Shown here: one piece after another, positions 29,718 through 40,810 of the stretch
Numbering within the stretch: the first letter of the stretch is position 1
Layout: the number at the start of each line of letters is the position of its first letter
Source of the DNA: Anaeromyxobacter sp.
GTDB taxonomy: Bacteria; Myxococcota; Myxococcia; Myxococcales; Anaeromyxobacteraceae
NCBI GenBank assembly: GCA_049840735.1
Contig: JASGJN010000013.1
Location: forward strand, 64,001 to 128,000
Direction of reading: 5' to 3'
Length of the DNA: 64,000 nucleotides
Notes under the pieces: model-generated
Databases searched by the model: none
Seen by the model: only the letters and a program-made list of their open reading frames with translations
What the model was told of the DNA's origin: nothing
Translations under genes and position numbers: made by a program

Positions 29718-32701
29718 ATGACCACCTCTCCCTCGACAGGGCCCCGCCGGACGGACGCTACCGACGTACGCATCCAGGACCACGCCTGCCACCTGTACGA
29801 GACCGCCGACGAGGCGCTGGCCGCGGCGGCCCGGGTGCTGGCCACGGCGCGGGCCCGCGGCGAGCGCGCGCTGTGGCTCCACGCGCCCGGCGCGCCGGTG
29901 GAGCAGGCGCTGCGCGCGGCCGGGGTGGACGTGGCCGCCGAGCAGGCGCGGGGCACGCTGGAGCTGATGCCGGCGCGCCAGTTCTTCCTGCCCGGCGGCA
30001 CCTTCGAGCCGGAGGTGGTGGTGAGCGCGTGGCGCGCCCGCGCCAACGACGCCGCCCGCCACGGCTTCGGCGGCGTGCTGGCGGTGGCCGACATGAGCTG
30101 GGGCCTCGAGCCCCGGCTCGAATCCCGACCGGCTGGCCGTGTACGCGGCCCACCTCGGCCCCGCGCTGGAGCTGGGCGTGGGCGTGCTCTGCCAGTTCAA
30201 TCGCACCCGCTTCCCGCCCGCGGAGCTGCTGGGGGTGGTCCGGATGCACGACCTGGTGCTCCACGCCGGCCGCCTGCTGCGAAACCCGGAGGTCCTGCCG
30301 GCGCACGCGCTGATCACGCCCGAGCCCCCCTCCGCCGCGCTGGACCGCTTCCTGGCCCGGCTCCACGAGCGCGAGTCCAGCGAGGGCGCGCTGCGCGACA
30401 GCGAGCGGCTGCACCGGCTCCTGACCGAGAACGCCAAGGACGTGGTCTTCCGCATCCGGCTCGTGCCCGCGGTCGCGTTCGAGTACGTCAGCCCCTCGGT
30501 CACGGACATCACCGGCTACACGCCCGCCGAGCTCTACCAGCACCCGGAGCTCAACCAGGCGCTCGTCCACCCCGACGATCGCTGGCTGATCGGCGCGTCG
30601 GTCTCGGGCGAGGTCCAGCGCGAGGGCCCGTGGCGGATCCGCTGGGTGGGGCGCGACGGCCGGCTGATCTGGACCGAGCAGCAGGTGGTCTTCCTGCGGG
30701 ACGCCGAGGACCGCGTCGTCGCCGTCGAGGGGATCGTCCGGGACATCACGGCCCGGATCGCCGGGGAGGAGCGGCTGCGCGAGAGCGAGGAGCGCTTCCG
30801 CTCGGTGGTGGCCTCGCTGAGCGAGGGGATCGTCTTCTTCGACGCGCGCGGGCTCATCACCGACTGCAACGCCTCGGCCGAGCGGATCCTGGGGCAGCCG
30901 CGCGACCGGCTGCTGGGGCGCGCCGCCGCCGAAAACTGGAACGCCCTGGGCGACGACGGCTCGCCCGTGCCGCCGGACGCGTATCCGATCAACGTCACGC
31001 TCCGCACCGGCCAGCCGGTGCGCAACGCGATGCTGGGGCTGCCGCAGCCGGACGGCACGCTGCGCTGGGTGACCCTCAGCTCCGAGCCGCTGACCCGGCC
31101 CGGCGAGCCGCGGCCCTACGGCGCGGTCAGCTCGGTGAGCGACGTGAGCGCCGAGCGGCGCGCCTGGGTGGAGGTCCGGCGCCGGGAGGCGCAGCTGCGC
31201 GTGGCCATGGAGTGCGCCGGCCACGCCTACTGGGAGGTGGACGTCCTCACCGGCCAGATGATCGGCACCCCCTGGACGCTGGCCGGCTACGCCGCCGCCG
31301 AGATCACCCCGCAGCTGGACAGCTACACGGAGCTGGTGCACCCCGACGACCGCGGCCGCCGGCACGACGCCTACATGGCCCACGTGGCCGGGGTGGGGCC
31401 GGCGCGCGACGCGTACCGGGCCGAGTACCGGCTGCGCCACCGCGACGGCACCTGGATCTGGGTCATGTCCAGCGGGCGCGCCGTGTCGCGCGATCCGGCC
31501 GGGCGCGCGCTGCGCATGGCCGGGACCATCACCGACGTCACCGAGCACCGCCGGCTGGAGGAGGAGCTGCGCCACGCCGACCGGCTGGCCAGCGCCGGCA
31601 CGCTGGCGGCCGGGCTGGCGCACGAGGTGAACAACCCGCTGGCCTATGTGGTCGCGAACCTGGGCTTCCTGGAGGAGGGGCTGGCCGGCCTCACCCCCGG
31701 CCCCGAGGTGGACGAGCTGCGGCGGGCGGTGCGCGAGTCGCTGGACGGCGCGGCCCGGGTCCGGGGCATCGTGGCCGGGCTCCGCCAGTTCGCCCTCCCC
31801 TCGCGCCGCGCCGTGCCCACGCCGGTGGACGTCCGGCAGGAGATCGACGCGGCGGTGGGCATCGCCCGCACCGAGGTCACCGCCCGCGCGCGGCTGGTCC
31901 TGGACCTGCCGCCCTCGCTGCCGCGGGTGCGGGCCGGCGAGCACGAGCTGGGGCAGGTGCTGGTCAACCTGCTGGTCAACGCGGCCCAGGCCATCCCGGA
32001 GGCCCGCCCCGGCGACCACGAGGTGCGGCTCTCGGCCCGGGCCGAGGGCGGCGAGGTGATCGTCGAGGTGCGCGACACCGGCGCGGGCATCCCGCCCGAG
32101 CTCATGCCCCGCATCTTCGATCCCTTCTTCACCACCAAGCCGGTCGGGACCGGCTCGGGGCTGGGGCTCTCGGTCTGCCACGGCATCGTGCGGACCCTGG
32201 GCGGCGCGCTCACGGTGGCCAGCACGCCTGGTGAAGGGACCACGTTCCGGGTCAGCTTCCCGGCGGTGCAGGAGCGGCCGGCCCCGGAGCCCGCCGCCAC
32301 CGCGCCGGCGGCCGGCCCGGCCCGGCGCGGCCGGGTGCTGGTGATCGACGACGAGCAGCTGGTGGGGCGCAGCCTGGCCCGCATCCTCTCCGGCGCCCAC
32401 GACGTCACCGCGCTCACCTCGCCGGTGGAGGCGCTGCGCCGGGTCGAGGCGGGCGAGCGCTGGGACGTGGTGCTGTGCGACCTGATGATGCCGGAGCTGT
32501 CCGGCATGGACGTGGAGGAGCGGCTGCGCCAGGTGGCCCCGGAGCTGGTGGACCGGGTGCTCTACCTGACCGGCGGCGCCTTCACCGAGCGGAGCCGCGC
32601 CTTCCTCGCCGCCGGGCGGCCCTACCTCGAGAAGCCGGTGGATTCCGGCGGGGCTGCGCCTGCAGGTGGCCGAGCGCGTGGCGCGCGCCGCGCCCCCCTG
32701 A
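29718..32701 (+). CDS. Hybrid histidine kinase (MEDS, 3 PAS, HisKA, HATPase, REC), with apparent frameshifts at 30120-30124 and 32641-32645
   Basis: MEDS motifs DHACHLYE, ADMSW and LCQF; three PAS domains; AHEVNNPL, NLLVNAAQA, DTGAGI, FFTTK, GLGLS; receiver VLCDLMMP. The corrected end is KPVDPAGLRLQVAERVARAAPP*. Confidence 0.88.
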
Positions 32702-32878
32702 TCAGCGGCCGGGCGCGGGAGGGTCCCGCGGCGGCCCGCCCTCCTCGTCGTCGTCCAGCATCCGGTACTTGGGCCCCTCCGGATCCTCGTACTGCCCGCT
32801 CTTCACCGACCAGACGAAGAGCAGCCAGGCGGCGAGCCCCAGCGCCAGCGAGATCACCACCAGGAAGCCGATGGCCAC
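32702..32878 (-). CDS. ccoS: cbb3-type oxidase maturation protein CcoS
   Basis: MAIGFLVVISLALGLAAWLLFVWSVKSGQYEDPEGPKYRMLDDD; last gene of the cco operon. Confidence 0.88.
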   Translation of the reverse strand: MAIGFLVVISLALGLAAWLLFVWSVKSGQYEDPEGPKYRMLDDDEEGGPPRDPPAPGR

Positions 32879-32881
32879 GGC

Positions 32882-35333
32882 TCAGCCCTCCCCGCCCGCC
32901 GGCGCGGGGAAGGCCCGGCGCAGGCGCAGCGAGTTGCCCACCACGAAGAGCGAGCTGGCCGCCATGGCCGCCGCCGCGACGATGGGGTGGAGCAGCCCCG
33001 CCACCGCCAGCGGGATGGCCACCAGGTTGTAGAAGAAGGCCCAGAAGACGTTCTGCCGGATCACCGCCCGGGCGCGGCGGGAGAGCAGCACCAGCGCCGG
33101 CACCAGCCGCAGGTCGTCGCGCACCAGCACCACGTCGGCGCTCTCCAGCGTCACGTCCACGCCCCGCGCCACCGCCACCCCCACGTGCGCCTGGGTGAGC
33201 GCCGGGGCGTCGTTGAGCCCGTCCCCGGCGAAGAGCACCCGCCCGCGGGCGGCCTGGCGGCGGGCCACCTCCTCGCGCTTCTGCACCGGCGTGGCCTCGG
33301 CCTGCCAGGGCAGCCCCAGCCCGCCGGCCACCGCCGCCACCGTGCGCGCCGCGTCGCCGCTGCAGAGCGTGGCGGCCACGCCGGCGGCCCGGAGCGCGCG
33401 GAGCGCCGCCGGGGCCTCGGCGCGGACCGGATCCGCCACCGCCAGCACCGCCGCCACCTCGCCGCCCCGCGCCAAGAACACCGCGGTCTCGCCCGCCGCC
33501 TCGCGCGCCGCCGCCAGCGCCTCGGCCGCCGGCGGGAGCGCCACCCCGCGCTCGGCCAGCAGCGCCCGGTTGCCCAGCAGCAGCGCCGCCCCGGCCACCT
33601 GGCCGGCCACCCCGCGCCCCGGGAGCACCTCGAACCCGCGCGCCTCCGGCTCGGCCCCGGCCGGCAGCGCCCGCGCCGCCTCCAGCACCGCCCGGCCCAG
33701 GTGGTGCTCGCTGCGCCGCTCCAGCGCGGCCGCCAGGGCCAGCGCCTGGTCCGGCGCGAGCCCCGGCCCGAGCGGCAGCACCGCCAGCAGCGCCGGGCGG
33801 CCGCGGGTCAGGGTGCCGGTCTTGTCGAGCAGCGCCTGGTCCACCTCTGCGGCCCGCTCCAGCACGTCGCCGCCCTTGACCAGCAGGCCGCGCGCCGTGG
33901 CCGCGCCGGTGGCCACCAGGACGGCGATGGGCGTGGCCAGCCCCAGCGCGCAGGGGCAGGCGATCACCACCACGGCGATGGCGGTCATCACCGCCCGCTC
34001 CGCCGGCGCACCCGCCGCCAGCCACCCCGCCGCCGTGGCCGCGGCCAGCGCCAGCAGCGAGGGCACGAAGACCCCCACCGCCCAATCGGCCAGCGCCTGC
34101 AGCCGCGGCTTGCGCAGCTGCGCCTCCTCCACCGCGCGCACGATCCCGGCCAGCACCGTGTCCTTGCCGACGCGGGTCACCTCCACCAGCAGGGCCCCGG
34201 CGCCGTTGACCGTGCCGCCGATGACCCCCGCCCCGGGCGCCTTGCCGACCGGCCGCGCCTCGCCGGTGACCAGCGACTCGTCCACCTCCGAGCGCCCGTC
34301 CACCACCCGGCCGTCCAGCGGGATGCGCTCGCCCGGCAGCACCTCGACCCGCTCGCCCGGCCGGAATCCCGCCCACCGGGACGGAGGTCCGGACCAGCCC
34401 CGCCGGCCCTTCCTCCACCCGGCGCGCCTCGCGCGGCGCCAGCGCGGCCAGGCGCGCCACCGCCTCCGAGGCCTTGCCGCGCGCGGTGGCCTCCACGTAG
34501 CGGCCCAGCAGCACCAGCGTGGGGATCATGGCGGCGGTGTCGAAGTAGACCTCCCCGCCGCGGGCCATCCCGTGGATCGACTGCGCCAGCGCGGCCAGCG
34601 AGCCGATGGCCACCAGCGCGTCCATGCCCATCCGCCCGTGGCGCAGCCCGCGGGCGGTGGCCTGCAGGAAGGGGGCGCCGGCGTAGAAGACCACCGGCAG
34701 CGTCAGCCCCAGCGCGATCCACTCCATCAGGCGCCGGGTGCCGGCGTCGATGCCCTGGAAGTACCCGGCGTAGAGGACCACCTGGTAGATCATCAGCTGC
34801 GAGGCCAGGAAGAGCGCGGTCCCGAGCCGGATCAGCAGGTCGCGCGCCTCGGCCCGCCCCGCCGCCAGCTGCGCGGTGTCCGACCAGGGGCGCGGCTGGT
34901 AGCCGCCGGCCTGGATGCGCCCCAGGATCCGGGCCAGGTCCACGCGCGCCGGATCGAACCGCACCCGGGCCCGGTGGGTCGCGTAGTTGACCCGCGCCGA
35001 GACCACCCCGGGCAGGCGCGCCAGCAGCTTCTCGTTGAGCCAGACGCAGGAGGCGCAGCGGATGCCGTCGATGGCCAGGTCCAGCGAGGCCGCCCCCTCC
35101 TCCTGGCGCACGCCGGCCTGGAACGCGCCCAGGTCGAGCGGCGCGGCCGCGGCCGGGCCGGGGTCGGCCCACTGGCGCGCCTGGTACCACCCGCCCAGCC
35201 CCTCGGCGTGCACCAGCTCGAACACGCCGCGGCAGCCGGCGCAGCAGAAGGCCCGCGGCGCGCCGGCCACCTCGGCCCGCAGCGCCTCGCGCTCCGGCAC
35301 CTCCAGCAGGCAGTGGTCGCAGCGGAGGTTCAC
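32882..35333 (-). CDS. ccoI: Cu-transporting P1B-type ATPase CcoI/FixI, with an apparent frameshift at 34364-34368
   Basis: N-terminal CDHC and FCCAGC, HMA CASC, TGE, CPCALGLA, DKTGTLT, GDGLNDAP and YN...MAASS. Confidence 0.9.
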
Positions 35334-36004
35334 GGTCCGTGGACCCCCAGGCCGCGCAGCAGGTAGGACGCGCCCAGCGCCACCACCACCGCGCCGCCGG
35401 CCCGCGCCAGCCACCCGCGCGCGCGCCCTGCCAGCAGCGTCCCGGCCGTGCCGGCCAGCAGCAGCGCCGGCACCGTGCCCAGCGCGAAGGCCAGCGTCAG
35501 CGCCAGCCCGCGGCCCGGGTGGCCGGTGGCGGCCGCGCCCAGGAACATGGTCCAGGACAGCCCGCAGGGCATCACCCCCAGCACCAGCCCCACCGGGAAG
35601 AGCCGGCCGGCGGTGCCGCCCTCCAGCAGGCCGCGCGCGGCCCGCGCCACGCCGCCGGCGGCGCGCGCCTCCAGCCGGCGCAGCGGCGCGGCCAGCCCCA
35701 TCGCGCCCAGCCCCGAGGCGATCATCAGGGCCCCGGCCAGCACGCCGGCCACGGCCTTCACGCCGGCCAGCCGGCCGGCCACGTCGACGAAGGCGCCGGT
35801 CAGCCCCATGATCGCGCCCAGCAGCGCGTAGGTGGTGACGCGCCCGGCGTGGTAGGCCAGCTGGCCCTGGAGCGCCCGGGCCGTGCCCGCCGGCCCCGCC
35901 GCCGCCAGCGCCAGCCCGCCCACCAGCGGACCGCACATGGCCAGGCAGTGGCCGAGCCCGCCCAGCAGGCCGGTGGTGAAGGCCGCGGCCAGCTCCCCGA
36001 TCAC
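35330..36004 (-). CDS. DsbD_2/TauE-like membrane protein of the cco cluster
   Basis: Motifs GHCLAMCG, YHAGRVTTY and GVMPCG. GTGA overlaps on both sides. Confidence 0.85.
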   Translation of the reverse strand: MIGELAAAFTTGLLGGLGHCLAMCGPLVGGLALAAAGPAGTARALQGQLAYHAGRVTTYALLGAIMGLTGAFVDVAGRLAGVKAVAGVLAGALMIASGLGAMGLAAPLRRLEARAAGGVARAARGLLEGGTAGRLFPVGLVLGVMPCGLSWTMFLGAAATGHPGRGLALTLAFALGTVPALLLAGTAGTLLAGRARGWLARAGGAVVVALGASYLLRGLGVHGP

Positions 36005-36537
36005 TCGGCCACCACCGCCCGGAACACCGCCCGCGCCGCCGGCGCGCCGGCCCGCTCCACCGTGACGGAGAGATCCCAGTCCTTCCGGCCGCTGGGGCAC
36101 TCGACCAGCACCGCCTGCCCGGTCCAGCGGCCCGGGCCGGCCGGCTGCAGCGCCACGTGGTTCGGCCCCATGTCCATGCCCGCCATGGCCAGGTCCAGGC
36201 CGACCGCTGCGGCCTCGGCCGGCGCGCCGGCGCGGCGCAGCGAGGCCTCCACCGTCAGCGCGGCCATGGTGCGCGGCGGGCGCGGCGCCAGCGCCAGCGT
36301 CACCTCCAGGCCGTCCCCGGCCGGGAGCGTGCACGGTCCTGCGGCCAGGTCGCAGCCGCCCGGCCGAGGCGCCGCGCCCTGCTGGGCGGCCCGCCGGTCG
36401 GCGTCGTACTGCAGGCCCTGCTCGTAGGGGTGCGCGACCACGGTGTCCTCGCGAACGCCGCTGCCGACCCAGATCGTCCCGACCACCGCGCCCAGCGCCG
36501 TCACCACCGCGACCGCCACCAGCAGCTTGAGCTTCAT
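36001..36537 (-). CDS. FixH/CcoH-like protein with a YtkA-like C-terminal domain
   Basis: N-terminal TM followed by VVAHPYEQGLQYD and MAGMDMG. ATGA overlap with ccoG. Confidence 0.75.
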   Translation of the reverse strand: MKLKLLVAVAVVTALGAVVGTIWVGSGVREDTVVAHPYEQGLQYDADRRAAQQGAAPRPGGCDLAAGPCTLPAGDGLEVTLALAPRPPRTMAALTVEASLRRAGAPAEAAAVGLDLAMAGMDMGPNHVALQPAGPGRWTGQAVLVECPSGRKDWDLSVTVERAGAPAARAVFRAVVAE

Positions 36538-37781
36538 CGGGCCTCCGGCAGCTCGAGCGGCAGGGGGGTGTGCAGGTGGTCGAGCGGCGGCCCGGCCGGC
36601 GCCGCGCTGCCCGCGGGACGGATCTCGGCCCGGAGCGTGGCCTGGATGCGGCCGGGCGGCAAGCCGCGGGCCGTCGCCACCAGCCGCACCTGGCGCCGCT
36701 CGCCCGCCTTCAGCTGGACCAGCGCCGGGGCGATCCGCACCTCGCCCGCACCCGGCGCCCCGGCCTCCAGCGCCACCACCACCGGCTGGCGGGCGTGGTT
36801 CTCCAGCGCCGCGCGGTAGACGTTCACCGCGCCGCCGTCGGGCGTGCGCCGCACCGAGACCGAGGGCTCCGGCACCACCAGCACCGAGACCACCTCCCGG
36901 CCGGCCACCACCGCCACCAGCGCCGCGGCGGCCAGGAGCGTGGCCGCCCCCAGCGCCAGCGAGGCCGGCCTGCGCAGGCGCCGCCGCCCGCCGGGCTCGC
37001 CGGGCTCGCCGAAGAAGTAGCCCACCAGGCCGGTCGGGCGCCGCAGCTTCAGCATGATGGGCGTGCAGGCGTCCACGCAGGCGGCGCAGGCGATGCACTC
37101 CAGCTGAAGCCCCCGGCGGATGTCGATGCCGGTGGGGCAGACGCGGACGCAGGCGCCGCAGTCCACGCAGTCCGCGGCGCGCCCGGCGTCGTAGGCCACC
37201 ACCAGCGAGGAGCGGTCGAGCAGGACGCCCTGCAGCTTGGCGTAGGGGCAGACCGTCTTGCAGAAGGTCTGGCGCACCAGCGCCAGGTCGAGGAAGAGCA
37301 GCGTGCCCAGCGCGAGCCAGGCGCCGCCCAGCACCGGCCCGAGCTGCCCGCGCGCCAGGCGCTCCAGGAACTCGCCCGGGGGCACGAAGTACCAGAGCGC
37401 GGCGGCCGAGAAGAGGACCGAGACGGCGCCGGCCGCGGCGAAGCCCAGCGGACGCCGCCAGCGCCGCGGGCGCCGGCGCGGCGCGGGCATCACCCAGCCG
37501 GTGAGGTCGGACAGGACCGTCTGCGGGCAGGACCAGCCGCACCAGGCGCGGCCGAACAGCAGCGTGATCCACAGGAAGGCGAAGGTGGCGAGCAGGGTGG
37601 CCGCCAGCACCACGAACGCCTCGTCGATGGCGTAGGTGGCGCCGAAGGCCAGCAGCCGGCCGCCGGGCACGTCCAGGCGGAGCGCGCTCTCCCCGCCCAC
37701 CGGGACGAAGGGCAGCCCGAGCACCGCGAGCGCCTGGGCCGCCCCCGCCAACCGCCGCCAGCGCGTGATGCTAGTCGTCAT
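36534..37781 (-). CDS. ccoG: cbb3 accessory 4Fe-4S protein CcoG/FixG
   Basis: Motifs GRAWCGWSCPQT, CKTVCPY, CVDCGACVRVCPTGIDIR and CIACAACVDAC. Confidence 0.92.
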   Translation of the reverse strand: MTTSITRWRRLAGAAQALAVLGLPFVPVGGESALRLDVPGGRLLAFGATYAIDEAFVVLAATLLATFAFLWITLLFGRAWCGWSCPQTVLSDLTGWVMPAPRRRPRRWRRPLGFAAAGAVSVLFSAAALWYFVPPGEFLERLARGQLGPVLGGAWLALGTLLFLDLALVRQTFCKTVCPYAKLQGVLLDRSSLVVAYDAGRAADCVDCGACVRVCPTGIDIRRGLQLECIACAACVDACTPIMLKLRRPTGLVGYFFGEPGEPGGRRRLRRPASLALGAATLLAAAALVAVVAGREVVSVLVVPEPSVSVRRTPDGGAVNVYRAALENHARQPVVVALEAGAPGAGEVRIAPALVQLKAGERRQVRLVATARGLPPGRIQATLRAEIRPAGSAAPAGPPLDHLHTPLPLELPEAR

Positions 37782-37911
37782 CCTTCAGCATCTTGTACTT
37801 GGCCTCTTCCACCCGGTCCTTGCGCCTGCGGCCGTAGTAGAAGACGGCGATGGCCGCCAGGGCCACGCAGAGCGTGGCGCCGAAGATGAGGTAGGCCGTC
37901 TCGGCGCCCAC
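37771..37911 (-). CDS. ccoQ: cbb3 oxidase small subunit CcoQ (46 aa)
   Basis: MGAETAYLIFGATLCVALAAIAVFYYGRRRKDRVEEAKYKMLKDDD: single TM, in the ccoQ position. Confidence 0.75.
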   Translation of the reverse strand: MGAETAYLIFGATLCVALAAIAVFYYGRRRKDRVEEAKYKMLKDDD

Positions 37912-37913
37912 GC

Positions 37914-38183
37914 TCAGCCCTTCTTCCGGCGCTGCGCCGCGATGAGCACCAGCGCCACCGTGGCGGGGATGACGGTGAAGGCCAGGGTGGCCACCAGGTT
38001 GGCCCCGTTCGACGCCCCGCCGTCCGAGGCGTCCTGGGACTGGCTCCAGCCGCCGCCCCAGGGCGAGTAGGCGTAGACGTAGAAGCCCCCGAAGGCAATC
38101 AGCCCCCAGAACAGCAGCGCCCAGCCCACCGGGATGCGGTGCTCGCCCTCGACGGGCGTCACGTCCAGCTCGTTGTCTGCCAT
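37914..38183 (-). CDS. Stand-alone CcoP N-terminal-like membrane peptide (89 aa, no heme motif)
   Basis: EGEHRIPVGWALLFWGLIAFGGFY resembles the CcoP N-terminal motif; a second TM follows. Strong RBS. Confidence 0.7.
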   Translation of the reverse strand: MADNELDVTPVEGEHRIPVGWALLFWGLIAFGGFYVYAYSPWGGGWSQSQDASDGGASNGANLVATLAFTVIPATVALVLIAAQRRKKG

Positions 38184-38192
38184 CTCTCCCTC

Positions 38193-39176
38193 CTAGTGCG
38201 CCGCGCCCGCGTGCTGCGAGCGGATCCAGGCGATGATCGACCAGACGTCGTCGTCGGGCAGGTCGTTGGCGGGCATGCCGCCGTCCGGCTGGCCCTTGCG
38301 GCCCAGCGCGCCCTTGTTGTCGCTGCCGCCCTTGATCAGCGCGAAGTAGGCCGCGTCCGGCAGGTCCGGCTGCTCGCCCAGGAAGGTGTCGTCCACCAGG
38401 CTGGGGACGCCCTCCGCGCCGCGGGCGTCGTCGCCGTGGCAGGCGCTGCACCCGTTGTCGGCGAAGAGGCGGGCGCCGCGCGCCACCGCCGCCGCGTCGC
38501 CGGCCACCGGGTTCTCCATCGCGAGATCCACCGTCCCCGCCGGCGCGCCGCGCTCGACGGCGCGGCCCAGCGAGACGGTGTAGGCCACCAGCGCGTCCAG
38601 CTCCGTCTTGCCCTGGACGGCGGCCGGCGCGCCGTCGATGTCCGCCTGCTGGTAGGGGACGCCCAGCCTCGCCAGCGCGCGCATGCTGGCCTGCACCTGG
38701 GCGCCGTCCACCTGCGCCTCCCCGAGGAACGCGTAGGAGGGCATGTTGGACTTCGGGACCTTGGACTGCGGGTCCACGAAGTGGGCCCGGTGCCAGTCGC
38801 GGGACGGCTTGATCCAGCCCTCGAAGGCCAGGTCCGGGCCGGTGCGCTTGGAGCCCCAGAGGAACGGGTGATCGTAGGCGAACTCGCCGGCCATGGAGTA
38901 CTGCGCGGCCGGCTGGGCCGCCTGGCTGCCCTTGTAGCGGATCACCTCGCTGCGCAGCGGGCGGATCATCTGCGAGTGGCAGTTGACGCAGCCCTCGCGC
39001 TGGTAGAGGTCGCGCCCGGCCAGCTCCAGCGCCGGGAGCGGCCTGAGCGCGTCGATCTTCGGGTGGAGGTCGGAGCGCAGCATGGGCAGCGCCATGGTCG
39101 CGAGGCTGCCAGCCAGGATGACGACGGTCGCGACGACCGCGAACAGGATGGGCTTCCGGTAGATCGTGCCAGCCAT
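38193..39176 (-). CDS. ccoO: cbb3 oxidase subunit II fused to an extra cytochrome c domain
   Basis: Motifs REGCVNCHSQMIRP, WGSKRTGPDL and SNMPSY, plus a second heme motif CSACH...GGMP. Confidence 0.92.
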   Translation of the reverse strand: MAGTIYRKPILFAVVATVVILAGSLATMALPMLRSDLHPKIDALRPLPALELAGRDLYQREGCVNCHSQMIRPLRSEVIRYKGSQAAQPAAQYSMAGEFAYDHPFLWGSKRTGPDLAFEGWIKPSRDWHRAHFVDPQSKVPKSNMPSYAFLGEAQVDGAQVQASMRALARLGVPYQQADIDGAPAAVQGKTELDALVAYTVSLGRAVERGAPAGTVDLAMENPVAGDAAAVARGARLFADNGCSACHGDDARGAEGVPSLVDDTFLGEQPDLPDAAYFALIKGGSDNKGALGRKGQPDGGMPANDLPDDDVWSIIAWIRSQHAGAAH

Positions 39177-39186
39177 GATCGCGCTC

Positions 39187-40614
39187 CTACGCCGCCGAGG
39201 CCGCGGCCGGGGTGGCGCGCTCCGCCTGCAGCGCGTTCCCCTTCCGGATGGTCATGAGGACGTTGTAGACGAACACCAGCATGCCGGCCGCGAAGATGAT
39301 CCCGGCCAGCGTGCGCAGGTGCCAGTACGGATAGTTGCCGGCCAGCCCCTCGATGAAGGTGTACTTCAGCTTCGAGTCCGCCCCCTCCTCCATGGCCTTC
39401 CACATCCAGCCCTGCCGGATGCCGGTGATCCACATGGTCACCGAGAAGAGCAGCTGCCCGACCAGCACCAGCCAGAAGTGCACGTTGGCCAGCTTCTCCG
39501 AGTAGAGCTCGGTGCCGTGGATCCTGGGGATGACGTAGTAGACCGAGGCGCAGACCGTCATCGCCACCCAGCCCATGGTGCCCATGTGCACGTGGCCGGG
39601 GACCCAGTCGGTGAAGTGGATCAGCTGCGAGACCACGCGCAGCCCCTGGGTCGGCCCCTGCACCGTCTGCAGGCCGTAGAAGGTGATGCCCAGCACGAAG
39701 AACTTGGTGAGATAGCTGGTCTTCATCTTCGACCAGTCCTGACCGACCGTGTAGTAGCCGTTCACCACCGAGCCCCAGCTCGGCGCGATCAGGAAGAGCG
39801 TGAAGACGATGGCCAGCGTCTGCAGCCAGTCCGGCAGCGGCGAGTAGACCAGGTGGTGCGCGCCGGTCCACAGGTAGGCGAAGATCAGCGACCAGAAGGC
39901 CACGATGGAGAGCCGGTGGCTGAAGATGGGCAGCCCGGTGGCCTTGGGGAGGAAGTAGTAGAACATGGCCAGGATCGGCGTCGTGAAGACGAAGCCGACC
40001 GCGTTGTGTCCGTACCACCACTGCACGTTGGCGGAGTTCACGCCGGCGAACAGGTGGTAGCTCTTGAAGAGCCCCGCCGGCATCGCCAGGTTGTTCACCA
40101 GGTAGAGGACCGCCACCGCCACCACCGTGGCGAGGACGTACCAGAGCGACACGTACATCTGCTCCTCGCGCCGCTTGAGGACGGTCGCGAAGACGTTGAC
40201 CGCGAACATCACCCACAGCACCACGATGGCGACGTCGAGCGGCCACTCCAGCTCGGCGTACTCGAGCGACTGCGTGTAGCCCATCATCAGCGTCACGGCC
40301 GCCGCGGCGATCCCCACGTTGAAGAGCCACAGCTGCAGCCGCGCCAGCCGCGGGAAGACCAGCGGCCGCTTGCAGAGCCGCATCACGATCCAGTAGCTGA
40401 GGCCGAAGATCGCCCCCACGCCCAGGCCGAAGGCCAGGCCGTTGGTGTGGACCGGGCGCAGGCGCCCGTAGGTGAGGTACGGAGGAAGGTTGGCTGCTGG
40501 GAGCCAGAGCTGCACGCTGATGAGCAGCCCCAGCACGATGCCGACGACCCCCCAGAAGATCGCCGAGAGGATGAACCCCTGGACCGTCCGGTGGTCGTAC
40601 CGATAGTCGTTCAT
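39187..40614 (-). CDS. ccoN: cbb3-type cytochrome c oxidase subunit I
   Basis: Motifs YGRLRPVHTN, EYAELEW, QWWYGHNAVGF, YLWTGAHHL and GHVHMG. GGAGG RBS. Confidence 0.96.
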   Translation of the reverse strand: MNDYRYDHRTVQGFILSAIFWGVVGIVLGLLISVQLWLPAANLPPYLTYGRLRPVHTNGLAFGLGVGAIFGLSYWIVMRLCKRPLVFPRLARLQLWLFNVGIAAAAVTLMMGYTQSLEYAELEWPLDVAIVVLWVMFAVNVFATVLKRREEQMYVSLWYVLATVVAVAVLYLVNNLAMPAGLFKSYHLFAGVNSANVQWWYGHNAVGFVFTTPILAMFYYFLPKATGLPIFSHRLSIVAFWSLIFAYLWTGAHHLVYSPLPDWLQTLAIVFTLFLIAPSWGSVVNGYYTVGQDWSKMKTSYLTKFFVLGITFYGLQTVQGPTQGLRVVSQLIHFTDWVPGHVHMGTMGWVAMTVCASVYYVIPRIHGTELYSEKLANVHFWLVLVGQLLFSVTMWITGIRQGWMWKAMEEGADSKLKYTFIEGLAGNYPYWHLRTLAGIIFAAGMLVFVYNVLMTIRKGNALQAERATPAAASAA

Positions 40615-40810
40615 GTGCCCGTTCCTCCCGCGACGCGGGAAATGATCGGGCGCAACATACAGGACGTGCCGCCGCGCTTGTACCGCCTCGGGAGCAGGCG
40701 ACCGTCTGCGCCCCGGTGTCCCGGAAACGCACCCACCATGCCAGATCAAGGCGGGCGAGCCGCCGGCCCGGGCCCGCCCAGCGCCCGTCCTCGACAGGTG
40801 CAAACCTGTC

